A stretch of 64,000 bases of DNA. It comes from Vitrella brassicaformis CCMP3155 (Eukaryota > Protista > Chromerida). Shown one piece after another: positions 49,924 through 62,200 of the stretch. The first letter of the stretch is position 1. Every line of letters starts with the position of its first letter. Below the pieces are notes generated by a model. The model worked only from the letters and a program-made list of their open reading frames with translations. It did not search any database and was not told the origin of the DNA. Position numbers and translations under genes: made by a program. Location: positions 62,001 through 126,000 of the forward strand of contig CDMY01000153.1 of NCBI GenBank assembly GCA_001179505.1. Reading direction: 5' to 3'.

Positions 49924-50260
49924 GTGAGAGGGCTAGGCAGGGAGGATGTGTGTAGTGGATGGGTGAATGAATTTCACGAAAGGCTCGCGTGTGTGTGGAT
50001 AGACGGTGACTTCTGCGTGCTGATGAGCTGTCGGATGAATGGCGTTACACTTCGTGCTCCATCGGGTCACTTACCATGTTCACAATCTACGAAGTCACTA
50101 ACTGCGGAAAGGATTACAAGAACTCAATCTCAAGCTAACGGACTACGCATTCACTCAGTCCGTCGGAGACAGGCCGGTGAGTACAGAGATTGATATTACA
50201 TGACGGATGTCCGTGAGACACAGACGCCTTCACGGTCCCTTGTCATTCAGGATGGGGCAG

Positions 50261-53200
50261 CTAGGAAGCTGCCACATCGGCAGCAGCGCTGAAAACACGA
50301 CATGCATACAGGACATTTAGGCCCTTTGACACACAGGCACAGATGTGAAAATACCTGTCAAGCATGGGCTCCATCTGTCTGATGTATTCTTGCCGTATGT
50401 GGTCGTACGAGGCGATCTTGGCTTCAACGTCGGCTAACTTACGCTCCAACTCACACGAGTAGCTGTACGGACATAGAATACAGACAGAGACTGCATGGGG
50501 CCAACAAGCTGAGACACGGCCAGATGCGGCCTCTCTCACTGGTTGAGAATTGCCGTTTGGTGCTTGACCAGCCTCTGCTTGAGTACGGATTGCCTCCCTA
50601 CGCTTGTGTGGTACTGAGCCTTGGCCTTCATCTGGAGCAGGTCATGCACTCGATCAACCCTGCACGCACCGAAGCGAGAGTCAGTCAGCAAGGGCGTGGG
50701 CGTCCCCCCTTCAAGACCTTTCTTCATAGACTTGTCTCCTCTGCTCTTCTATCTTCTGCTGCCCCTTGTCGCCCCATAATGAGTCTTCAGGAGGCGGCTC
50801 GCACACCTCCCGCAGCAAGTATGTCCCGCGATATCCCTCCAGGGAGGTGATCAAGGCGTCCAGCCAGAACTCATCGGGGGGTATCTCTTGTAAGGCTTCA
50901 CGGTCTTCTATGTCCTCTTGATCGTCAGCCCTTCTATCTTTGACATCTTTGATGCTCTTCATATGTTGCTCCGTCTCCTTGCCGACCGCAAGCTTACGGA
51001 TATGCGTGAACCTCGACTCGATCGTCATTCCAGCCAGAGGGTCATCTCCTATCTCGTTCTGCCCGTCACCTTCAATCCCCTCCTGCAGTCACAATGAATA
51101 TCTTGGTGCTGCAGCTGCTGCGCTTCCATGCTCACCGATTCGTCTTCCCCTCTGTCCTTCGTTCTGCTGTCACGGGTGTCTGGACGGGACGGAGCCTGGC
51201 TCGGCCTCGTGGTCCCATAGCCCACTTTGTCTGCCTGTCTCTCCAGGATGCTAAAGGCCGACCGTCTCTGGAGGTCGCCCATCCTTGTCCTTGAGTGGCC
51301 GGCAACTGCTCGAAGATGAGATGGCACCCCTTCAGCTTTGTAGCTTCAAAAGAAATGTAGGCAAGCAGCATCACGCAGAGGAAGGACGTGATGCGTGTGG
51401 CGTCTTCCGCCCACCCGAGTGCCTTCCTCAGTGCCTGGCGTCTTTTCTTGAGCCAGTCGGATGCTGATTCGACTATGGGGCTGTTGTTGAATATGTCCTT
51501 GGCGTCGTTCCAGTAGTCCACCAAGCTTCGCAGCTGGCCTGAGTCTTCAAACTTGATGTACGTGAACTGAATATGGGCAGCAACACGGGCAACACAGGTA
51601 ACCGACAGACAAATACATCTTTTGCAATCTCCTCATGATTCGTTCACATAGTATTTGGACATGATGGCCGCGAGGAAGACATTGACGATGATGAAGTAGA
51701 AAAAGGTCATGTACAAGATAAAGAAAACCAACGTGAAGGCCGCGTCCACCTCGTACAAACGATCGACTTGCACATCCCCAACCGCAAAGCTGAAGTCGCG
51801 TCATATATGGTACACCATTCATTATTGCTTTGTGTCCGTATATTTTGCGCTCACCGGAAGAGGGTGAGGAAAGCTATTCCAGATGTACTGAACTCTTCCA
51901 GATGTGAGCCATACTTCACATGAAACAGCATGGCGAATCCTGTTTGACCGATTTCATAAAGGTCCATTCTCCACTTGTCTCTTCTCTACTTGTCTCTTTG
52001 TTTTGACGGTCGCTTACCAAATAACAGCAGCCCCTGCATGATGATCATGGTAATTATTTGGTTGGCCACCTCCTGGATGGTCGTTGTCTGCAGCCTCAAC
52101 TGGGGGATCAAATCTGAATGGACAGGGTAAAAGTGAATGCTGCTGCCTTAGGAGGAACGCGTCGGTGTCTCCCTAAGGCATTTACTGAGGTATTTAAGGA
52201 CGCGGATGGAGACAAAATATGTATTACAGGCACCGAACAACAGAAACATGTAATAGACACGTGAAATGTTGCCCATCTGATTACACACAGGCACAGTAGG
52301 GGAGGAGCGCTCTTCCCCACTACCACTACCGCTTTCTGCGCAATTGCACTCACCTGGTCCAGCACGTATGTTTTGATGGACTCCTTTCTTGGCGACGAGA
52401 GCGTCCGAAACACAGTATCAGCCATAGTCCAGTCAGTCCAGTTGTATGCTATACACACAAGCCAAGCAGCACCGCCCGTCGCCTGGATGTGTGTGCACCG
52501 CCTGTCACTTACTGAGACAGAATCCATCCAGCGAAAATCTGGCGTAGTATGCGATGGTAAGCACAGACAGACAGAGAGACACCGCATCAGAAATGTTCCA
52601 TGCATCAGATCGGTAGAAATCGACCACGTAGCTGCAACGGAAAACGCGAGAGACATTGCAGGCGCTCATGGTCTCGTTTGTCCTCTCTCACTTGACACGG
52701 GCGTCTTTCTCCGCAATGCAGATAATCCTGTGCCTTTGAATCTCCTTGACCAGCTTGACAATGTAGTAGATCACAAACAACACGTACACCGCCCCTAGCA
52801 CGGCAGTGAGGATGCGCAAAGGCTGGTACCAGCCACCTCCTGTGTACGGATTAAGAGGGAAGGACTGGCTGGACCTACAGGCCAAGCACAGACATCCATA
52901 CGCACGTCCACACTGCAACCTTCCCCCCCCACCCCCCAGAGTGTCGTGTGCGCCTGCCGCTGCACCTCTTGACTTGTATCATGCCGCTGGCCCTTAGCGA
53001 AAATCGAGCCGTATTGTATGTGAACATGTCGACGTTGCCATTGTATGTCACGTAATCGAATACTATCGATGCCGTGCGGGCCGAGAACACCTGCATCCAA
53101 ATGAAGGAAGGCACAAGAGTGATGCCACAAAGCCTATGTATGCACCAACGGTGAGGGCCAGACTTTCATGGACCTTGGCTCTTCTCAACGCTCCAACTCG

Positions 53201-56200
53201 CTCGAGTGCTTCTTTTTGCGTCTTTCCGAGACTGACGCTAAAGCCGCCTTTCTGTCTATAAGTATTGCGCGCTGAACTGAACTTCACTATCGATTCGGCG
53301 GGATACGCATCGCCCCTGAAGCAAGCGAAGAGTGCAGTGTGTGAGCAATGACCGCCTTCAAGGCAATACCATGCAGCCGACAGATTCGTGCTGTCGCTGA
53401 GGTCATAGACATCCGACGGACAGCTTGATGGGTGCTTCGTAGCGCATTTGTTGTCAGCGCAGAAGGCGTTGCGAGTTACGCGAATTACAGGGTACGCACC
53501 GCGCCAACGCGACTGTACTCACGCAGACAGAAGAAGATGTGCATCTGCGTCGTGAGTCTGTCAGTCTACCTCCGTTAGCTCTTTGTAACACGCAGGCTGA
53601 AAGGTCATCCGGACAAAAGCTTCCTGCGACGAGACAGAGGCCAAAGTAGAGACATCAAACGGCCTAGTCGATCGCTCCTGAGTACCGGCATGAAGCCAAC
53701 GTTCCAAGCGAAATACCGGTTCAGATACACTGACTCCAATGAGTTCCCACGTGGCGGTCGTGAGGACTTAGCATCGACATCACGCACATCGCCGCTTCGA
53801 TACAACTCATTCCCAACTGCAGCCACCGTCCATTCGTAAATGTGGTCCATAATAGCAATTGATGCATGGTTGACATCTCTCGACAGCGACTGGTTGGTTG
53901 TGGGATTGATCGGGTTAAGGCTGCTGGGCCATTGTGGCCGCTCAATCACGAAGTCTTGCACCTCCATCAGCCGATACGAAGATGTCGTACGTGCCTGAGA
54001 ATGAAATGCAAAGCAAAGTTGGTCGGATGTGTCAGCATTTGTATCTTTTCTCCGCATTCCTACTTGTATGGTAATTATGGCGATGAAGAGAGCCATAAAT
54101 ACGAGTATTCCCAAGCAGTCGATAGAGCATACCTGCTCGCGGCTCTGACGCTTCGCACGGATCTTCTCAGCTTGCTGATAGTTGGACGAATGCAGCCAGG
54201 ACGACTTGTTTTGACTTGTGTGGTATACATCCATTAATACCTCTCTTGCCTCTGCCAGTTCTGCGGCGCTGCGAGGCTTGGGCCTGCAAAGAACACTCTA
54301 CACATCAGACAATCTCAATGTACATATCCGCCCGTCGCGTGTTTTCCTTCCTCACAATAATTCTGAATGCTGGCCGTGTCCAAGCAAATCGCCTCGACAA
54401 ATATCCTCCAAGCTCCTTGATGACCTTGGTCAGCGCACCACGCTCACCCAAACTCATCTTCTCGATGCTGAACGCAGGAGCCAAAGATCATCGACAGGCA
54501 GCGAGTGCCATGTCTCCAAGCCAATCCAGCTCACCGATATATCTGAAGGTCGTAGGCAGACATGATGATGCTGAGAAACATATTGAGCAGGATGAAGACG
54601 AAGAACGTGACGAAGGAATAGAAATAGATCGGCGCAATGGTTGGGGCGATCTCCATCATCTCTTGATAGAAGCTCTTGCCGAGCAGCATGGTAAAACAGG
54701 CAAGGACGGTGCGATTGAACGTGCCCATCGCCGCCAACTGGCCACCGAAGGTGAAGAAGCCGAACCAGACGAAGCCCAAGAAGATGATGAAGAACATCAA
54801 GCTGAACCAAACCAGATTGCCGGCACCCTGGACCAAGAATGCGAAGGCCAGTCAGGTTGCGGCCTACTTTGCCTGCTTACTTGTCCGATGGTGTTGATGA
54901 CGAGGCCATACGTTGGCGATACATCAGACATGAGTGAAAGCGTACGAAAGAACACCAGACAGATGTTCACTCCTGCACGAAAAAGTAGGATATGTCAAAA
55001 GAGAGCAGAAGGGTATCCCATGCTGACCGACAAGCGAGTTGAGCGACGCAGACGTCAGTAGAGCATCCAGTTGTTCAAGCGATGACTCCAAGCTGCAAGA
55101 CACAGATGACGAATCGTGCAAATGAGCAGACAGACATGTCCTCATGCTATATTGTGACGTCCATCCGCACTTGTTTTGGTCGATAGGCAACTTGAGCGTC
55201 CAGTATGCCCTTTGGGAAATCATGAAGATATGCATGCTAATGTAGATGCCATTCAACGTCAGCTGGACAACCTGAAGAGAACACAACGGGTAGAATGACA
55301 CACGTCTCGACCACTGTTTGTTTCTCTTCACATCAACGGCCTTGAAGACGCCTGATTGAAGGTAAGAGACAGGCCCTTCAACAAACGCCTTTACCTCCAC
55401 ACCCACAAAATACAGATAGCACACAATGACGACAATCTCCAGAAACAAGCGGAAGACATTAATCGAGGCCTGCATATCGTAGAGCTCCAGTGTGAAGCCA
55501 TGTCCCTCCAGCTGGTGGCTGATCGTGCCTCCAAGCGCCGCCTGAAAGACGACCGCGAAATGAAAGAACTTCTGCAGATTGGCGTTGTAGAAATACATGT
55601 CCGCAACAAAGCTGGCGAGACTCGCTTCAAACCACCCGTCCGCTCTCAGTTCTTCGATCCTCTGGTGCATGGCCGCCTCTCCCCCGTCGAGATTGACGTA
55701 TTCGATGAATCCCCCCGCTCGCGAGTACCCCCTGCCTCGCGAGTAAGTGTACGTCTGGCCTGTCGAGGCGCCATCAAAGCTTGCCGTGTCCTCATGTGAT
55801 TTGAGTGAGAAGGACTTGAGATTCATTGTGCTCGGGTCGATTCGCTGCCTCCCGATGATCCGCGGATAGAAGCCTTTCACATCTTTCGGCGCCAATGTGT
55901 TCTTCTCCACACGATGTCTCTTAAGAGAGAGCCGGGTCGTGAGCAGCACGTTGAAGAAGCCGACGGTGGGCAGCGGCCGGCTCTGATCGGCGACGCCCAG
56001 CTGTATGTCAAACGGCGATTCTTCATCTGTATATAGTGCCTTCAAAAATGCCGATGCCATCCATTCTCCGACCCCTTCCGTGCTGGTGATGTTGGTGATG
56101 AATGTGCCCGACAACGAGGGAATTGAGAGAAATCTGTTCCGCAGCACTTGGTTGACCTGATAGGACGCTGGAATCGTCAGTTGAAGGAGATTCACCGACG

Positions 56201-56720
56201 CAAAGCTGACAGGTAAGAGAGAAGGGCATGAATTGAGATTATCCTCACCGTTGCGCACTGTTGTGCGGCTCACCAGATGGCAAAGACGATGTAGAGGATG
56301 GCATTCACAAGCAAACTGTCAGCCATTATAACCTCCCTCAAAGGGAATATGGCGATGAACCCCCCCGGAAGCTTCCGAGAGCGGACAAGGCAGGCCAGGA
56401 CACCAAATTAGCACTCCATACACAACACACGTGGGCCGTTTGTCGTTTCGTTAAACCCATCTTGCCCTAATTCTTCTGTCTTAGCTCGCGTACGGCGAAG
56501 GAAGAGGAGGAGGGAGAGGGGAGCAGGGGAGAGGTCGGTCACCACTCACCAGCGCCTCGCCATACGTATCCTTCGTCACTTTTTCGGCTTTTGATCTGAC
56601 GCTGATCTGACACCGGCAGGCAGATGGAGCTGACTCGGAGGATTGAGGTCTCACGACACAGTGATGACGACCCCCGCCCCTCTCCTCGGGGATCAAGATC
56701 CCCTCTGACATGGCTGTCAT
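50261..56720 (-). CDS. Polycystin-2/TRPP-like cation channel with two tandem channel repeats
   Basis: Repeat I: S1 MADSLLVNAILYIVFAIW, large extracellular loop, and S5-pore-S6 FSLMFFIIFLGFVWFGFFTFGGQLAAMGTFNRTVLACFTMLLGKSFYQEM...PIYFYSFVTFFVFILLNMFLSIIMSAY. Repeat II: S1 LGILVFMALFIAIITIQ, loop, and GFAMLFHVKYGSHLEEFSTSGIAFLTLFR|FAVGDVQVDRLYEVD...FYFIIVNVFLAAIMSKY, then a coiled-coil-like tail. Confidence 0.85.
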
Positions 56721-58528
56721 CTCGAAGGCAGCCGTGCCCCTCCAGTCCCCCTTCCTCGCCCTGTTTGTTTCTGCTTTCGGACCAGAGCCTGGCGTTCGCC
56801 CTCTACAACGATGAGATCAAGCTGGAGGAGCTGATGGGTGGGCTGCCGAGCCAGGATGACTCGCCCTCCACCACTGGCCGAGCTCCCTCGTCCTCCGACT
56901 CCACCCCTCCCGGCATCTCACCCTCTACATCGACGAGCAACATCGGCATCGCATCGCCGCTTGCATCCTTGGCAATGGTCGTGCAGAAGGGCTTGCTCGA
57001 GGCCGACCTGCAGTACACCCAAGGCTTTCTGTTCGAGACCGCCCCGGTACTACTGTCGCTCCTGCAAATGGGTCCCCATGCGAGGCAATTGGTGTACGCG
57101 AGTCGCGTCTTCCAGCGCACGGTGGCCAAGATGCGTCAGCTGCGGTCATACGTGCGGACCCTGACGTGCGAGAAGGGCTGGATGGACATACCGGCGGAGA
57201 GGGGACTGAAGGTCACATATCGCACAGAAACAGACGCTGCGTTCGGGTGAGCAGACAGACAAGGGGGAGAGAGAAGGAACATGGGTGTTGCACATCATGT
57301 CGTTCCCGTGTTGTCAGGCCCACCACTGTCAAGGTGTGTGGCGAGGTGGATGCCGCATTCAGCCATGTCATCCAGATCTGTACGGACACCACACAACACA
57401 CCGAGGCAGGAATGTGTGTGTGTGTGTGTGTGCACGCGAAGTGGGCCTCTGATCTCCCCTCACATCACATCGCCTCACGAACCTTCGTTGTCCTCTGCGG
57501 TTTCTGCTGCTTTCAGGCTGTGAAGCAGGGATGATCAAGGATTGGATGCCGATGACCTCGTTCTCCGAGAGACTGCCGACAAGCCAGGCGACAGCCGCGG
57601 GCGTGACCCCTGTCTTCGGAGTCTATCAGCTACAGGTGCGTTCGAAGGGGTAGGCACGCACACTCATGTACGCATCCATTCCTGTCCCTCCCGCACAGAT
57701 GAGCATGCCTTTTCTCGCCAAACGTGAGTGGGTGCTGGACTACTATGACGCCCTGGGTGAGTTAGCGCATCCAAATGCATCTACACGTCTGTCATTCGAC
57801 ACTACCTGCCCCTGTCTGTCTGTCTGCCTGCCTACCTGCCTGCCTACCTGCCTGCCTACCTGCCTGCCTGTCTGCCTTATCAGATCGCGAGACAGGTTGC
57901 GCGTGGGCCTTCATGGACAGTGTAGACGGCGATGGTCATCCTGACGTACCGTCGGAGGCTTTCCCACGGCATGATCCCCATGTGGTCAAGGGCACAATGC
58001 CCATCTCATGCTGCCTCATCAAGCCAGTTGGCCCAAACCGCGTCTACATTGAAGCGCTCACCAACGTGGACCTCAAGTTCAAGCTCCCGCACTGGCTGCA
58101 GGTGCTGCTCTCGAAGATCGCCGGTGAGTGAGTGACAGTGGCACGTACGGACCATGTGGACGGTTTTCACATGTAGCCGATGTGTGCGTGTCTGTGCAGG
58201 CGTGAAGGGTTTCCAGGGCATGGTCAAGGCCACCAAGCTCATCAATCGGTCGGCCCATCACTCTGATTCGTGGGTGCAGAGCTACCACAGAAACCTCAGA
58301 TACATCCAACCGTACCAGGTGAGTTCCATTCCTCAGAATGATTAAGCAGCCCGATGCCCATCGGCCCGTCTGCCTGTGTGGTGTGATGTGCAGGAGTGCG
58401 CTGACAGGGCTTTGGCCAGGGCCGGGGGCGTCAGGAGGGCAGGAGTGTCGAGTGAGGACCTCCCCAAGTTCCCCCTGCTCGACCACCTCGATAACACGGC
58501 TCATGAGCCATTGGTGCCTCTTTGTTGA
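56624..58528 (+). CDS. START/SRPBCC-domain lipid-binding protein (start codon uncertain: 56624 or 56834)
   Basis: KGWMDIPAERGLKVTYRTE...VKVCGEVDAAFSHVIQIC|CEAGMIKDWMP...|MSMPFLAKREWVL...CLIKPVGPNRVYIEALTNVDLKFKLPHWLQVLLSKIA follows the START-fold pattern. Confidence 0.75.
57820..57878 (+). repeat. Intronic tandem repeat of (CTGCCTGCCTAC)-type units joined to (TGTC)n
   Basis: Seen directly in a START-gene intron. Confidence 0.8.
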
Positions 58529-59268
58529 CATGCTACTTTGGTAGTCCTGCGTATCTTCTTGATGCTCTATGGCGGTGTCACGTCGTGTGTAGGGGATTAG
58601 GTGGTCCATGGTGGGTGGTAAAGTGAGATTGTCCTGCTCGCCCGATTCCTTTTTGTGTTGTGCAGGAGTGAGGTTGCGTACGTGCGTAGCTTGAAGATGA
58701 GCAGACAGGTGCATGTTTGCGTGGATGCCTCTCTCATGTCGTATGCATGCCGCCCGAAAACGAGAGTGGCGAATGCGAATCTGTGAGTGCAAGTCGTGCA
58801 TTCATGCCTCTGCCTTCGTCCGTCTGCCTATTGCTGCTGCTTCTACTGATCTATAAGCTGACTGCATGAATGATGCGGTGTCAATGCGTGTCTAGATCTG
58901 CATGTGGACCAGGTTCTATCCGTGTGCGTGTGCATTTGAGAGCGGGGGCGGTGCATGCATCTGTGTGGGTGTGCGTCCAACGACGTGGTGTTTGGACACT
59001 GCTAAGTATATTTGATTTGATGATGGCGTCTTTGGCCCCCCACGGCCCCCACTGGCAGTCTCAAGCAGTCTTGGAAACAACCAGGGTCTTTTGCACTTCT
59101 GACCCCGCGGGGAGTGTGAGACCCCGCCATTTCGGACACTGGTCTCAAGCAACCTCACGCAACTATATATGGCGTCCATTGCGCCGCACATCTATCTGCC
59201 CAATGAGGTGACTGTAAGCACTCGTCCTTCACAGATTCCTTCGCCGTGGTTGTTGCCGGGGTGTTTCC

Positions 59269-62200
59269 ATGCAGCCTGAGGTGGACTTGTTGCTGGTTGT
59301 GGTGGCGTATTTGGTCCTCGTTACGGTGCTCATCCTCCTATGCCGTTTGGTCCTCGCCTGCGGCCTCATCGCTACGCATCCCTTCACAAGCCCCGATGTC
59401 ACGAAGAAGGGCCAGACATCGACGAGAAAGAGGCTCCATGACTACCTGTATGTCAAGTCAAACCTCGGCCACAGGTTGGTGGCCATCATGCACGAAGACA
59501 GATCTTTATGGGCATTCATTTCGGCTCGATGGTTGATATCCCCCATTTGTCCACAGAATTGACCTGCTTCAGACGGTGGGGATGGTTGTTAGAAGTGCGG
59601 TGGGGGAAGCCATGAGTTGGTTGTGCGTGTCGATGACAGGTCCTGAGTGGTCTCAGCTGCGTCACGTATGTCGTGAGTAACACACAGACAGAGAGAGAGA
59701 CAGGCTTGTACTCTATCTTTGTACGTCTGTCTGTATGTTACTTAGCTGCAAACGTACAAGATAGACGTCTTCGGGCTGCCAATGGAATTCACCGTCGGCC
59801 TCTGCTTCCTTTTTGATTACATCCTGCGGTCAGTAGCTAGCTCAGCAAACACTCATGGCGCCACTCTCTTGTCTGTCGTTTGCTGCGCAGGTTTTACCTC
59901 GCTCCGAACAGGCTGACCTACTTGTTCTCCTTCTTTGCTATCGTCGATGTGCTCACGGTCGGTGGAATGCAAGGACATATGACATACCACGCCGGACGGC
60001 GGCATGACGAACGGTGTTGTGTGTGGTTAATGAATGTGTGATAGATAGCCCCGGTGTTTATCCAGGTGTTCCTTGTGGGATTCTACAATACGAGCGGGGA
60101 CACCACACACACGCACGGAGACTTCTCGTATCTGCGTCTCATCCGGTTGATGAGGCTGCTGCGCATCTTGCGTGCCTTGAGGATCGTACGCTCTGCGCCC
60201 GAGAGCGGTCTTTGGCGTGAGATATTCCTGCTCGTCTTCACGGCGTTCACTCTGATCTTCACCACGGCCGGCTTCTATCAGGTGGGATTTGCATTCATGA
60301 CCGGCTTTCCGTCATCTTACCCTGTCTCCCTGTGTGGATGCAGGTGATGGAAGAGGGCCTGAGGGGCGTGGCAGACGCCGTTGATTTCCACCAGGCATTC
60401 TACTTCACCCTGATATCCACCGTGGGCAGACCTCGGTGAGACAGACAGACATCAGACGTGCGCTCGGATGACACCTGTCTCTGTGTGTTTGTGTCTCGGT
60501 CTTCAGCATCGAGAGCACTACATGGCGCGGGACGCTGGTGATCATCGGTGTGGTGGCACTGTCGATCATCATCATACCGCAGAAATTGGGGGAATTGTGG
60601 GAGGTCAGACACGACATCCAGTGGCTGGCCGGCCATTCAGTGACGCGCATATGTGTGTGTGTGTGTGTGCAGGTGCTCAAACACGAGAACATCTACACGC
60701 GAAGGTGAGACACAAGACTAACACCATTATGGAGATGACCTGCGGTGCACCCGTCAATTTTCAGGCGTTATAAGGAGCAGAATTTTGCTCCCTCGCACTG
60801 CATAGTGGCAGGGGCAATTGACTTCTCCACCCTCAACGTTTTCCTCTACGAATTCTACCACGAAGACAGGCTCAGCAACCCTCGGGACATCGTAAGTTTC
60901 GCTGAAACGCTAGTGATGCTTTCCCGCGCTTCTCTTCTCATTCAGGTGGTTTTTTCCGAGCACGAGCCCGACAGGCGCATCAATGAGCTTCTTGACCACC
61001 CTGCGTACAATCAGATGGTGTCGTTCATCCAAGGGTCCGTGCACAGCGAGTACGACCTTGATCGCACCTGTGCACACTCGGCAAAGGCGATCTTCCTGTT
61101 TGTGGACAAGAACGCCTCGGACCACTCATTTGAGGACACGAGGATGATCTCCTTTGTGCTGGCACTGAAGAACTATTTCATGACGAGTGAGAAGTGTTTA
61201 AGTGTTCCCCGGCTGTGCGTGCAAGTGCTGCGGCGCGAGACACAGCAGCAGATATCCCGCGTGCTCGATGAAGAGACTAACGACACAGTGCGCAAAAACA
61301 ACAGATGAGTCTTTCTGGCCAGCGGCAATGCCTCTCCGCTGTGTATGTGTGTTCAGGTAGTGTCGGTCGATACCATCACGAGCACCTTGATGGCGTTGAA
61401 TACGGTTAATAGAGGCGTGCCAGCGGTTGTCATGAACCTGGTCCAGAACAAATACAGAGCACAGACGCCGGGATGGCGATTCTCGCCCTTTCTCTTTCTC
61501 TCTCTGTGTGTCCATGTGTGTATATGTGCTTACAGGTGAGTCATGTCGATCGCGGCCATCTGCTTAGCGAGGACGAGGACCAGTGGTTCACAAGCTACTA
61601 CCAAGGCGCAACGTAAGAAGCAAAGACAGTCTGCGGCACACATGCAATGCTCCTGCTTCTCTTCTTGTCGTGGCAAGTCAGGAGATGTACACAGTCCGCT
61701 TTACACAACCATCTCTTCAACATACCAAGAGCCATCCATTGCGAGCGTCGCTGCTCCAGAGCCGGCTGCTGCCCCTGGCCAACGGGGCCGACGGCGTCTT
61801 CCTTTCCGGCATTGTGGACAGCCTGGTATGACATGAGAATGATTCACAACATGGACAGGCGCGACGCGGTAGCCCTGAAACAAATGTCTCCGCTCTTGAT
61901 TTTTGTTCAGATAGGATGCTCAATGACACGAGCGGCTCACTTCCTGCTCTTTCAGTATGGGGTGGTGCTCTTCGCCCTCCAGAAAAGCGAGCAAGAGAGG
62001 CTCGTGCTGTTCCCTGGAAGGCGAGATGACGTGATCGAGGCATCTGACATAGGGTGCGTCATCACAGAGAACAAGCAGCGACTGAACCAGATCAGCTCGC
62101 TGATGCAGAAGGTAATATGCAGAAGGTAATGTTACTAAGAGCTTTCCGAGCGTCATTTGGCTCCTCCTTTGTGCTGCTGTCTGGTGTAGAAAGGCTCATA

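Noticed and set aside
58079-58801. 240-aa - strand ORF overlapping the 3' end of the START gene
   Set aside because: It has no motifs, runs through START introns and exons in antisense, and lacks an ATG start.
13340-59000. Frequent TGCATGCA and GTACGTAC palindromes as ApiAP2 binding sites
   Set aside because: They occur mostly inside introns among alternating purine-pyrimidine repeats and show no evident promoter enrichment in this window.
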